In this document: in pieces, positions 9,058-18,004 of the stretch | Numbering within the stretch: the first letter of the stretch is position 1 | How the letters are laid out: every line of letters begins with the position of its first letter | Source: Acutalibacteraceae bacterium | GTDB lineage: Bacteria; Bacillota; Clostridia; Oscillospirales; Acutalibacteraceae | Direction of reading: 5' to 3' | Length of the DNA: 64,000 nucleotides | NCBI GenBank assembly: GCA_045642065.1 | Contig: JAZUID010000013.1 | Location: 292 to 64,291 of the forward strand | The notes under the pieces: generated by a model | Seen by the model: the letters and a program-made list of their open reading frames with translations, nothing else | Told to the model about the DNA's origin: nothing | Database searches by the model: none | Position numbers and translations under genes: made by a program

Positions 9058-9074
9058 GAAGGGAGACAGTAACT

Positions 9075-9473
9075 ATGTTTGAAGGAAAGCCTTATTTTTA
9101 CGGAACAGGCAGAAGAAAAAGTTCTGTTGCCCGTGTTCGTGTTTACAAAGGTACAGGTAAGATTACTATTAACGATCGTGACATTGACGATTATTTTGGT
9201 CTTGAAACCTTAAAGCTTATCGTTCGTCAGCCATTGGCTCTTACAAACACAGGCGATAAGTTCGACATCGTTTGCCGTGTTGCAGGCGGTGGCGTTACAG
9301 GTCAAGCAGGTGCAATCCGCCACGGTATTTCGCGTGCTCTTTTACAGTTCGACGGCGAGCTTCGTCCGGAACTTAAGAAGGCAGGCTTCCTAACACGTGA
9401 CCCACGTATGAAGGAAAGAAAGAAATACGGTCTTAAAGGCGCCCGTCGTGCACCGCAGTTCTCGAAGAGATAA
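9075..9473 (+). CDS. rpsI: 30S ribosomal protein S9
   Basis: [12 protein letters not shown] at the N-terminus and [14 protein letters not shown] at the C-terminus. A hairpin terminator follows (ATCCCGATACC/GGTATCGGGATTTTT). Confidence 0.95.
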   Translation: MFEGKPYFYGTGRRKSSVARVRVYKGTGKITINDRDIDDYFGLETLKLIVRQPLALTNTGDKFDIVCRVAGGGVTGQAGAIRHGISRALLQFDGELRPELKKAGFLTRDPRMKERKKYGLKGARRAPQFSKR

Positions 9474-9582
9474 TCTGTATTTTGCAAAAAATTATCCCGA
9501 TACCGTTTGGTATCGGGATTTTTGTTTAAAAAGTTGACAAAACAAATTATAATAGTGTAGAATAGATCTAAAATCAATCATG

Positions 9583-11352
9583 TTAATTAAATTCACCAAA
9601 TCGTTTCGAAGCTATATCAAAATATTCTTTTTCTAACTCAATACCGATAAACTTTCTATTGTTTTTAATTGAAGCAATACCGGTTGTACCGCTTCCCATA
9701 AAGGGGTCAAGAACGAGATCATTTTCATTGGTGTGAATTTTAATGATATCTTCCATTAATTTTAAACTTTTTTGTGTGGGATGTGATGTGCGTTCTTTAC
9801 CAGAAACAGTTGCTGTTTCATAACAAGAGCGAAGATAGGATTTATCCTTTGGTTTATTAAAAACCCATTTAGAGTTTTTCTTCACAGCCCAAATTGCAAA
9901 TTCAGTATCTTGAACGTATCTTCTTTCAATATTTCTTGGCATAGGATTTGTTTTTTTCCAAATCAAAATATCTTTAACATGCATATTACATAATTCAAGC
10001 TTATTTATAATAAAACTAATGAATTTGTAAGAACAAAAAATTATCATTGAACCGTTTTTATCAAGAATTTCTGAGTAGTCGCTTATCCAACTATATAGAT
10101 CAAAATCTTTATCCCATTCACCGAAATCAACACCTTTTCTAGGATTTTTCATTGAAGAAAAATTATTGTTTTGGGAAATGTTATAAGGTGGATCGGTTAT
10201 AATATGATTAACAGTAATGTTATTGAGCTTTAATTCCTTTATCAATGAATAAGAGTTACCACAAAACAGTTGATAGTTTTTTGCTTCAATCTGGTCTGTA
10301 TTATAAGCTTTAACAATAGCTTTGCCAATTGCTTTTGCTAAAAGTGGTGGGACGGCATTACCGATTTGTTTACAAATAGCAGTTTTAGGACCATAAAAGA
10401 CAAAATTATCACTAAAGCTTTGGATGCGAGCTGCTTCGCGCGGAGTAATAGCTCTATTTAAAAAAGGGTGTGAGTTTCTACCGTTTGAAGGAGTATCAAA
10501 TCTTGTGTCAATTGTAGGGCTAAATGTGTCCCATTGCAATCTTGACCAAGTTGTTGAAAATTTTTGTTTGCCTAATAGTTCTATTGGCAAAGCGCTTTTA
10601 TCGCCTTCGGGTGGTATCATATTTAATTTTTCCAAAGCGGTTTTCGAATGACTTGTGGCAATATGGTTATAAAGTTGTTTTCCCCTAAGTTTCTTTTGGT
10701 AATCGCTTTTTGGATCGGATTTATAGTTTGATACAAATGAGCCTTCCCCAGAGTTAAGATAAGCCAAATCAGAAATAGCATCTCTAACTGTAACAATTTT
10801 AGAATTGCCATTTGGCAAATCAATACTTTTAGTAAGAGATCCAATAATAAATGCTCTTTCTCTGCTTTCTGGCACGCCAAAATTCTTTGCATTAAGGACT
10901 CCAACATTAACAATGTAACCTAAAGAAGAAAACTTGTTTAGTATTTGATTTTTAAAATATCCGTTTTCCGAATTTAAAATGTTTTTAACATTTTCTATTA
11001 CAAATATTTCTGGGCGTATTTCTTTAACAAGATCAAGATATTCTAAAAACAAGAAATTTCTAGGATCATCCATTCCTAAATTTTTACCCTTAAGGCTAAA
11101 TCCTTGACAAGGCGGTCCACCAACAATCATATTAACATTTTTCCTTTTTGCAAGATCTATTATTTCTTTTTTTACATATTTATTTTTTATATCACCCGTA
11201 ACTACTTGTGCATCAGGAAAGTTTTTAGAAAATGTCTCTGTTGCATATCGATCAAAATCTAAAGCCACAACAGTTTTTATGTTTTTAACGCTATCTAATC
11301 CCGAAGAAAATCCGCCAGCGCCAGCAAACAAATCTAAAACATTAAATTGCAT
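9583..11352 (-). CDS. Fused DNA methyltransferase: N-terminal C5-cytosine MTase + C-terminal beta-class N4/N6 amino-MTase
   Basis: The m5C motifs are DLFAGAGGFSSG (I), GGPPCQGFS (IV), ENV (VI), SRERAF (VIII) and QIGNAVPP (X). After a short linker come IITDPPYNI (IV), HPTQKS and DPFMGSGTTG (I), in the order typical of N6_N4 MTases. The likely true start is the ATG at 11352 (MQFNVLDLF) with GGAGGGG upstream. The longer ORF-track start at 11433 has no RBS. Confidence 0.85.
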   Translation of the reverse strand: MQFNVLDLFAGAGGFSSGLDSVKNIKTVVALDFDRYATETFSKNFPDAQVVTGDIKNKYVKKEIIDLAKRKNVNMIVGGPPCQGFSLKGKNLGMDDPRNFLFLEYLDLVKEIRPEIFVIENVKNILNSENGYFKNQILNKFSSLGYIVNVGVLNAKNFGVPESRERAFIIGSLTKSIDLPNGNSKIVTVRDAISDLAYLNSGEGSFVSNYKSDPKSDYQKKLRGKQLYNHIATSHSKTALEKLNMIPPEGDKSALPIELLGKQKFSTTWSRLQWDTFSPTIDTRFDTPSNGRNSHPFLNRAITPREAARIQSFSDNFVFYGPKTAICKQIGNAVPPLLAKAIGKAIVKAYNTDQIEAKNYQLFCGNSYSLIKELKLNNITVNHIITDPPYNISQNNNFSSMKNPRKGVDFGEWDKDFDLYSWISDYSEILDKNGSMIIFCSYKFISFIINKLELCNMHVKDILIWKKTNPMPRNIERRYVQDTEFAIWAVKKNSKWVFNKPKDKSYLRSCYETATVSGKERTSHPTQKSLKLMEDIIKIHTNENDLVLDPFMGSGTTGIASIKNNRKFIGIELEKEYFDIASKRFGEFN

Positions 11353-11373
11353 TTGAATATCCCCTCCACAAAG

Positions 11374-11400
11374 CTGAGGTACCAAATTTTTGTACCTCAG
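11374..11400. promoter_or_regulatory. Perfect 9-bp inverted repeat in the divergent M/R intergenic region (possible operator)
   Basis: CTGAGGTAC-caaattttt-GTACCTCAG lies between the MTase start (11352) and the nuclease start (11485). Confidence 0.4.
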
Positions 11401-11484
11401 ACAAATTATATCACTAAAGCAAATTAATTGCAATACTTTAGATTAAAAAATATTAATATTAACAATTGAAAAGGAGAGAAATTT

Positions 11485-12744
11485 ATGAATTTTTTAAATG
11501 TTAGTGATTTTTTAGCAAAGGAAGTATCACCATTGGTACTTGGAGCTTTTTTTAGCAGAAGAATCTTTTCAAATAATGGGGAATATATTTTTGCATATAC
11601 TTCTTATAAGAAATCCGTAAAAATTAATACAAAGAAAGTAATTTTTAATACATATAATAGGCAGTATATAGAAATTTTAAATGAAAAGAGCTATCCTTTT
11701 TCGTTTTGGGCAACTAAAGAAGAAGTTTTAAATAATACAAGCATATTAAAGCACGAACTAAAGGGTCAAGCTTTTTTTGTCTTGAAGAACGATGTTAAAA
11801 TATCACCAGAAAGTTTTTACAATAAATTATATGTTAAAATCATATCAACTTGCGAATGGGCTTTCGACGAAAAATTGAATGAAAACAAGAAGGCTTTTAT
11901 ACGCGGATATATGGAATTGCGCGGAAGCATAGACACAAATCGAGATTATATTACACAAGATTATTTTTATAATACTCGCTATGAAATAAAAAAAGCAAGA
12001 ATATTTGTCGATTTTTTATCGGTGCCACACAATGTGATAAATATTAATTTTAGAGAATTACAAAAAGACTTTTATTCGGGGAAAAACAAAAGAAACACTC
12101 AGTTTAGGATAGATTTATGGTGGTATATGGAAAACATAGGAATTATCAATGCATATAAGGCGGAGATTTTTGCTTTATCTCGTGGATTAAAATTGAAATT
12201 GTCCAAAGAAAAAATTTATTATTTCTATAATGACGGCAAAGAGAGAAGAAAAATTAATAACTTGTTAGATGAAAGATTGAATTTTTATGCTTCTAATGTT
12301 TTATTAAAAGAGATAACAACGGATGACATAGCAAAAATGAGAAAAGAATTAGGATTTGATTCTGAAAGAAAAGTTGTAAGGAGCAACGCCTTAGTTGAAG
12401 CAATTAAATATTTTACACCAGACGAGTGTGTGTGTTGCAAACATAAGTATAACATTGCTGACAGATCATACATAAATAAAAACACAGGTAGATATTATTT
12501 TGAAATTCATCATGTAATATCTATAGGCGGAAACAAAGAACTTGATGATGAGAACAATATGGTTAAATTGTGCCCGACTTGTCATAGAAATTTAAAACGT
12601 GGATCTGGGACAGAAGAAGATCAAAGATCATTGATTAGAGACATATTTAACAATTCACCAAATACATTAGATTTTGCAAAACACTTTTTTGATACGAATG
12701 ATATCGAAAAAATTATTTATTTAACTTATAAAAACTTAAAATAA
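11485..12744 (+). CDS. Putative restriction endonuclease with a C-terminal HNH (beta-beta-alpha-Me) nuclease domain
   Basis: The C-terminus is CVCCKHKY...YFEIHHVISIG...NMVKLCPTCHRNL, i.e. CxxC...HH...N...CxxCH, a zinc-stabilised HNH motif. I recognised nothing in the N-terminal ~310 aa. An AGGAGAG RBS is present. The gene is divergent from the MTase. Confidence 0.65.
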   Translation: MNFLNVSDFLAKEVSPLVLGAFFSRRIFSNNGEYIFAYTSYKKSVKINTKKVIFNTYNRQYIEILNEKSYPFSFWATKEEVLNNTSILKHELKGQAFFVLKNDVKISPESFYNKLYVKIISTCEWAFDEKLNENKKAFIRGYMELRGSIDTNRDYITQDYFYNTRYEIKKARIFVDFLSVPHNVININFRELQKDFYSGKNKRNTQFRIDLWWYMENIGIINAYKAEIFALSRGLKLKLSKEKIYYFYNDGKERRKINNLLDERLNFYASNVLLKEITTDDIAKMRKELGFDSERKVVRSNALVEAIKYFTPDECVCCKHKYNIADRSYINKNTGRYYFEIHHVISIGGNKELDDENNMVKLCPTCHRNLKRGSGTEEDQRSLIRDIFNNSPNTLDFAKHFFDTNDIEKIIYLTYKNLK

Positions 12745-12746
12745 TA

Positions 12747-12774
12747 AAAGCCCACACTTTAAATGTGGGCTTTT
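12747..12774. terminator. Bidirectional hairpin terminator
   Basis: AAAAGCCCACA-ctttaaa-TGTGGGCTTTT lies between two convergent genes. Confidence 0.75.
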
Positions 12775-12786
12775 AATTTTATTTGT

Positions 12787-13767
12787 TTAGGCTATTGCAA
12801 ACGGGTTAAAGAAGCAAATAAACACAACATAGGCAAGGTAGCAAGCAAGCAACAAAATACCTTGAAGTCTTGTAAACTTTTTAGTTATAAGCATCGGTAT
12901 AACGGCGAGTGCCAAAACGCCTAAACAAATGGGGGTATCAATATAAATATTTTGCTTTAATGCCTTTAAACCGTCGTTTGAAACAAACGAACAAATAGGC
13001 AAGATAATTGCAATATCAATTAAGTTAGCACCGATAATGTTACCGACCGACAAAGCCGATTGCTTTTTAACGATAGCGGTGATGGTTGTAACAAGCTCGG
13101 GCAAAGAGGTGCCGATTGCAACAATAGTTGCCGAAATAACGGCTTCGGGCACGCCGCTTACCTTTGCAATTTCGGTTGATGTACCGACTAAAAAATCCGC
13201 CCCGACGACAATGCCGGCAGCCCCGACAATAAATTTTAAAATGTTTTTAGGCAAATCTTTTTTACTGAATTCGGTCTTTTCGGTTACTGCCGATTCTTTT
13301 TTAGCACTTAAAATGCTTTCAACCGTTGCGGCAATAAAAATGGCAAACAAAGCCACGCTGCCTAAAAGTGAAAATCTTTCACCGAGCGATGCAACATAAA
13401 GAATGATGGTTGCAACAAGCAAAAGAATTGATTTAAAAGCATATTGCTTTCTATTAACAATATGGGGAATACATATAATTGATATTGCCATTATAAGCCC
13501 GGTGTTTGCTGTAACCGAGCCGACGGCGTTGCCGATAGCGATAGCATTTGTACCGCGTGCCGCACCGAAGACCGATACTATAAGTTCGGGCAAGGTTGTT
13601 GCGATGCTTACAACGGTCGCGCCGATAACAAAGTGCGGTATGCCCGAAACTTCCGCCATCCAAGTAGCAGCATCAACAAAAAAGTCGCCACCTTTAACAA
13701 TCAGCACAAGACCTATTATAAAGGTAACAATCAGCGCAAGCATGGGCCAGCCTACAACATTAAGCAT
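12787..13767 (-). CDS. CaCA-family Ca2+/Na+ (cation) antiporter, YrbG-like
   Basis: About 10 TM segments with two alpha-repeats (GATVVSIATTLPELIVS...GNAVGSV and ATIVAIGTSLPELVTT...GNIIGANL). Confidence 0.8.
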   Translation of the reverse strand: MLNVVGWPMLALIVTFIIGLVLIVKGGDFFVDAATWMAEVSGIPHFVIGATVVSIATTLPELIVSVFGAARGTNAIAIGNAVGSVTANTGLIMAISIICIPHIVNRKQYAFKSILLLVATIILYVASLGERFSLLGSVALFAIFIAATVESILSAKKESAVTEKTEFSKKDLPKNILKFIVGAAGIVVGADFLVGTSTEIAKVSGVPEAVISATIVAIGTSLPELVTTITAIVKKQSALSVGNIIGANLIDIAIILPICSFVSNDGLKALKQNIYIDTPICLGVLALAVIPMLITKKFTRLQGILLLACYLAYVVFICFFNPFAIA

Positions 13768-13780
13768 ATAAAATCCTCCT

Positions 13781-13902
13781 AAAAATAAAAGACTTTCAGC
13801 ACCGAAAAGTGCTAAAAGTCTTGTTCCTTAAAAAAGGCGTGCGGCCATCGGTGTGACCCGAGGTTGTGTTGACCGAACGATTATAACTACTCCCTTTTAA
13901 CA
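13781..13902 (-). promoter_or_regulatory. Candidate yybP-ykoY-like (Mn2+-type) riboswitch leader with intrinsic terminator
   Basis: The minus-strand RNA is AAAAGGGAGUAG...GGUCAACA...CGGGUCACACCG...AACAAGACUUUUAGCAC-UUUUCGG-UGCUGAAAGUCUUUUAUUUUU, followed by the RBS and ATG. GGGAGUAG and CAAGAC flanked by complementary AAAAG/CUUUU resemble the conserved core. The 3' side of P1 overlaps the terminator stem. The match was judged from memory of the consensus. Confidence 0.4.
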
Positions 13903-13939
13903 AGTTAAATCTATCATATTTTATGCAGTTTGTCAAGTT

Positions 13940-14695
13940 TTATGCCTTTGCCATTTTCATAACAAGTTTTATAGGCAAAAGTTTAGAAACAAAGCGATAA
14001 AATTTGTAAAAAACTTTATTTGTATAAACGGTTTTACCTTTAATGGCGGCTTTCAAAGATTTCTCGGCCATAACAGCGGGATTCACGCGCGGCAGGGTAT
14101 CAAAAGTATGGCTTGAACCTTTTTCAATGCCGGCAACCGGCAAAAACTCGGTATCCATAGGGCCGGGGCAAACGGCAGTAACGGTAATGCCGTTTTCTTT
14201 TAATTCATCACTTAAAGCAAGAGATAAACTCATAACATACGCCTTGGTTGAGCTGTAAACGGCAAGTCTTGTATTAGGGGCAAAAGCGGCGATAGAACAG
14301 GTGTTAAGAATATGACCGCCGTTTTTTATATAAGGTAAAGTAACATTTGTCATAACGGTCAGCGCTTCGCAATTAAGGCGGACCATGTCGGCGTTGTCTT
14401 TTGTTGTTATGTCACAAAATTTATTAAGTCTGCCGAAACCGGCATTGTTAATTAAAAATTTAACTTCTGCGCCCGAATTTTTAAGCTCGTTTTCGTAAAG
14501 CTCAATGCCTTTTTGGTCGGTAATATCAAACGCCAAAACCTTTGATTTTGTATTTAATTTTCGGCTTAATTCCACCAGCCTGTCTTTCCGCCTTGCAACA
14601 AGCCAGATTTCATCTGCCAAGTTTAAAGCGTCAAGGGCTTTGCAATATTCCGTGCCAAGTCCGCTTGAAGCACCGGTAACAACCGCAATTTTCAA
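13940..14695 (-). CDS. Short-chain dehydrogenase/reductase (SDR) family oxidoreductase
   Basis: TGASSGLG cofactor motif, NNAG, and a YSSTK catalytic YxxxK. Confidence 0.85.
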   Translation of the reverse strand: MKIAVVTGASSGLGTEYCKALDALNLADEIWLVARRKDRLVELSRKLNTKSKVLAFDITDQKGIELYENELKNSGAEVKFLINNAGFGRLNKFCDITTKDNADMVRLNCEALTVMTNVTLPYIKNGGHILNTCSIAAFAPNTRLAVYSSTKAYVMSLSLALSDELKENGITVTAVCPGPMDTEFLPVAGIEKGSSHTFDTLPRVNPAVMAEKSLKAAIKGKTVYTNKVFYKFYRFVSKLLPIKLVMKMAKA

Positions 14696-14870
14696 AATAA
14701 TTACCTCCTAATCGGTAGTTTTAATTTATGGTAACATATTGTGTCTGCTTTGTAAAGGCGAAGAGCTTAAATTTGTTGACAAAATTTACATTTTAAAAAG
14801 CATTGCTTTTTTGAGCTTATTATGTTATAATTCAAAATAGAAATTTATATTTTATTAGGAGTGATTTTAG

Positions 14871-15998
14871 TTGTTAAAGCGTTTTAATAAACTATTGGCA
14901 TTGGTAGTTGCGGTGGTTCTGCTTATTTCAGCTTTGGGTATTTCAGCATCTGCAGCACCTGTCGTTCCCTCGCTTACTATTGGTACTGCCAGCGGTGCTG
15001 GCGGCAGTGATGTTACCGTTAATATTACCGCGCAAAACTTTAATTCGGTTTGCGGTATGGAGTTTTATATTAACTTTAACGGTCTTACCTTAAAAAGCGT
15101 TACATCAACCGTCTTTACGCTTAAACAAAACGAAAACTATGCAATAAGCTCATTGGGCGGTAATGTTTTATCCTTTGTTGAATCGGGCGAAGCCGGTACG
15201 GTAAGTGACACTATTAATCCTTTGGTGAATACAAACAGCAGTACAACGGTTATGACCCTTACATTTACCATTCCGAAGTCAGCAACATTAAACCAAAAAT
15301 TTGAAGTTTCATTTTTAACAACCGCCCCGAGAAAGAGCATTTTTGCTGATACAAACTCGGCTTTAATTACTAATGTTTCGTTAGTAAACGGTTCTGTCAC
15401 CTGCAACAAGGCAGTTCCCCAAATTTCTTTTGGTGATGTTACCGATGAAAGCATTTGGTTTTATGATGCAGTAATGTATTGTGCTGAAAACAAATACATT
15501 AACGGTTATGCTTCCAATAATTTATTCGGCGCCTTAGATGCTATTAAAAGGCAAGATTTTGTTTGTATTTTAGCAAACTATTGCGGTGCTGATTTAAGCG
15601 GATACCAGAACAAAAACTATTTCCCAGATGTGCCGGTAGGTACATACTATACGGGAGCTGTTAACTGGGCTTATGAAAACGGTGTTGTATCCGGTTACAG
15701 TAACGGTTATTTTGGCGCGGGCGACCTTATGGCGCGTGAACAGTTAGTAACGATGCTTTATAATTTCGCAAAACAATATTATAAGATAGATGTTACTGCG
15801 GACGGCACAAAAGCGCAAAGCATGGTCGATTACGGACAGGTAAGCAGTTGGGCTAAAGCACCGATAGAGTGGGCTATAGATAAGGGCGCTATCAGTGGTA
15901 AGGGTGGAACTAATATTGCACCGTACGATGCTGCGGCGCGTTGCGAAATAGCGCAAATAATTAAAAACATTGATGACCGCGGAATATTTAAAAAGTAA
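14871..15998 (+). CDS. Secreted cohesin-like domain protein with three C-terminal SLH repeats (cell-surface anchoring protein)
   Basis: TTG start with an AGGAG RBS and a signal peptide (LLALVVAVVLLISALGISASA). The N-domain has the cohesin pattern (LTIGTASGAGGSDVTVNITAQNF..VCGMEFYINFN...FADTNSALITNVSLVNGSVT). Three SLH-like repeats follow (FGDV..W.YDAV..., FPDVP...YYTGAVNWAYENGVVSGY, W.KAPIEWAIDKGAISGK). Confidence 0.6.
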   Translation: MLKRFNKLLALVVAVVLLISALGISASAAPVVPSLTIGTASGAGGSDVTVNITAQNFNSVCGMEFYINFNGLTLKSVTSTVFTLKQNENYAISSLGGNVLSFVESGEAGTVSDTINPLVNTNSSTTVMTLTFTIPKSATLNQKFEVSFLTTAPRKSIFADTNSALITNVSLVNGSVTCNKAVPQISFGDVTDESIWFYDAVMYCAENKYINGYASNNLFGALDAIKRQDFVCILANYCGADLSGYQNKNYFPDVPVGTYYTGAVNWAYENGVVSGYSNGYFGAGDLMAREQLVTMLYNFAKQYYKIDVTADGTKAQSMVDYGQVSSWAKAPIEWAIDKGAISGKGGTNIAPYDAAARCEIAQIIKNIDDRGIFKK

Positions 15999-16003
15999 AA
16001 AAG

Positions 16004-16038
16004 AAAACAGCCAATTGATTCCAATTGGCTGTTTTTTT
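16004..16038. terminator. Bidirectional hairpin terminator
   Basis: AAAACAGCCAATTG-attc-CAATTGGCTGTTTTTTT lies between convergent genes. Confidence 0.8.
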
Positions 16039-16045
16039 ATATGGT

Positions 16046-16939
16046 TTAGCGGGGAAGCTCGTTTTTATGAAAGGTTTGCCAAATAATGCGTTTGACGGCA
16101 AATTTGTAAAAACCAACTTTATCAACAATTTTCATATGGTTCCAAAATTCCCTAAGCCACCAAGATTTATAATTTACCTTCCAAGGCTTATCAACACCGG
16201 CGTAATGAAGAATTATAGAATTTTGGAGTCTGTAAATAGCCTCGTTTCTATCTTTTATATGTAAAATGGTCTGATTCCAAATATGCCAATCAAGGTATTT
16301 GATTCTGTCATAGAACATAGCATTTATAGTATCTTGATCGTGATATTTAAGAACATTATGGTGTTCGGCGATAAATTCCCAAAAAGAATTTTTAGTTAAT
16401 TCTTTACGCATAGCGTTAAGGTTCATCATCATAACACCGCCATTGCAATACAGCTTATCATGTGGAATGTTTAGGCTGTCATAAACACTGAAATCTCTTT
16501 GAGAAACTCCGGGCCCTTCGCATGCAATAAACATAGCCTCTTTGCCGTCGTCCATAGAAAAAGAAGTGTTATAAAAAGCCTCAAGCGAGCCATGAACAAT
16601 GATGTCACTGTCAAGATAAAAAACCCGATCAAGATTTTTTGGTAAGAGTTCAAAAGCTAATAGCCGATAGTATGTTTCAACGGTTATATGGTTTGAAACA
16701 GGCAAATCACCAAGATCGCTTGTTTTTATTTTATAAAACTTAATTGCAGCACCGTTTTTCAAAACGAATTTTTCTATTTTTTTTACATTTTTTTCGCTTA
16801 AATCGGAGTGAATAATATAGAAATTAAGTTCGCACTTATTATATTTGAAAATTGATGCCAATAGCGCCATAGCAGGCATGGTATAATAATTATTGGGACA
16901 TAACAGAATATTCAAAATTTTTCTCCTTTCAAAAGCCAA
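16046..16939 (-). CDS. Glycosyltransferase family 8 (retaining Gal/Glc-transferase-like)
   Basis: The N-terminus NILLCPNNYY..PAMALLASI, the DxD motif (YLDSDIIV) and HYAGVDKPW are typical of GT8. Confidence 0.75.
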   Translation of the reverse strand: MAFERRKILNILLCPNNYYTMPAMALLASIFKYNKCELNFYIIHSDLSEKNVKKIEKFVLKNGAAIKFYKIKTSDLGDLPVSNHITVETYYRLLAFELLPKNLDRVFYLDSDIIVHGSLEAFYNTSFSMDDGKEAMFIACEGPGVSQRDFSVYDSLNIPHDKLYCNGGVMMMNLNAMRKELTKNSFWEFIAEHHNVLKYHDQDTINAMFYDRIKYLDWHIWNQTILHIKDRNEAIYRLQNSIILHYAGVDKPWKVNYKSWWLREFWNHMKIVDKVGFYKFAVKRIIWQTFHKNELPR

Positions 16940-17056
16940 AAGGGATATTTTTTATAAAAATATTATATTATAAAAAACAATACAAGTCAAGTAAATAAAG
17001 TTTGGTAAAATAAAAAGCCTACGCTTCGCGGCGTAGGCTTTTTTATGAAGGGTTGA

Positions 17057-17938
17057 TTATAAATTTTTATAAAGTCCCATATCGGTAAGTTTAGCCAAAG
17101 CGTCAACAACGGTTTGCTTATCTTCCTTATAGGTTACGCCGTACCATTTGTCTTCGGCAACTAAGACACTTACCTTCTTTGTGCCGTTTTCAATTAAGCT
17201 TGAAACAACACTTGGCAGATAATATTCGGATTTAGGAACATTTATCTTTTCTTCTAAGAAAGCCTTAAAGCCGGTTTCGATATAATTAAAGATGTCAGGC
17301 GTAAAGCCCCAAAGGTTCATAGAAACGATAGCGTCGCTTGGCAGGCTTGTCCAAGTGGCACCGTCGTCTTCGGTAAAGTTGCAGTCCATAATTTTCGTGC
17401 GTTCGGTAACGGTTTTTAATTCACCGTTTTCAACCTCACAAACACCGCGGGAAACATATCCGTTTTCGGTTAATGTGTTTGAAAGTCGGAAACCAACCAT
17501 GCAATAGTCACCGGTGCTGTTTTTTAAGAACTCTGCAATTTGCTTGTATGCGTTAACGCCGTAATAGTCGTCGGCATTAACAACTGCAAAAGGCTCTTTG
17601 ACAACATCTTTGCAACAAAGAATTGCGTGTGCGGTGCCCCATGGCTTTTGACGGTCATCGGGGCAGGTGAAGCCTTCCGGCAAAGCGTCAATTTCCTGAT
17701 ACACATATTGGACCTTAACGAGTTTTGCAATGCGTTTTTCAACGATTGCTTTAAAATCTTCTTCAATGGCATGCTTAATAACAAAAACAACCTTTGTAAA
17801 ACCTGCGCGAACTGCATCATATACAGTATAGTCAAGTAAAATTTCGCCGTTTTTGCCAACCGGCTCAATTTGTTTAAGACCGCCGAAACGACTGCCCATG
17901 CCTGCTGCCATAACAACAAGTGTAATGTCCTTTTCCAT
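17057..17938 (-). CDS. Sugar-1-phosphate nucleotidyltransferase-like protein
   Basis: VVMAAGMGSRFGGLKQ is the NTP-transferase G-loop. The ATG at 17938 has a GAAGGTG RBS; the ORF-track start at 17947 is a GTG without an RBS. Confidence 0.65.
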   Translation of the reverse strand: MEKDITLVVMAAGMGSRFGGLKQIEPVGKNGEILLDYTVYDAVRAGFTKVVFVIKHAIEEDFKAIVEKRIAKLVKVQYVYQEIDALPEGFTCPDDRQKPWGTAHAILCCKDVVKEPFAVVNADDYYGVNAYKQIAEFLKNSTGDYCMVGFRLSNTLTENGYVSRGVCEVENGELKTVTERTKIMDCNFTEDDGATWTSLPSDAIVSMNLWGFTPDIFNYIETGFKAFLEEKINVPKSEYYLPSVVSSLIENGTKKVSVLVAEDKWYGVTYKEDKQTVVDALAKLTDMGLYKNL

Positions 17939-18004
17939 TATAAACACCTTCTAAAATAAAAAGATAAAATATAAACCCCATCACTACTGCGATAGGGTTT
18001 TATT

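Noticed and set aside
11353-11433. 27-codon 5' extension of the methyltransferase ORF
   Set aside because: It has no RBS and contains the intergenic inverted repeat. The conserved motif I begins right after the internal ATG, which does have a GGAGGGG RBS.
13037-13771. Two plus-strand ORFs (120 and 122 aa) inside the antiporter gene
   Set aside because: They are antisense shadows of a hydrophobic membrane-protein gene. They have no RBS or recognisable motif.
16025-16264. 79-aa plus-strand ORF at the 3' end of the GT8 gene
   Set aside because: It is antisense to the GT8 coding sequence, starts inside the bidirectional terminator, and has no RBS.
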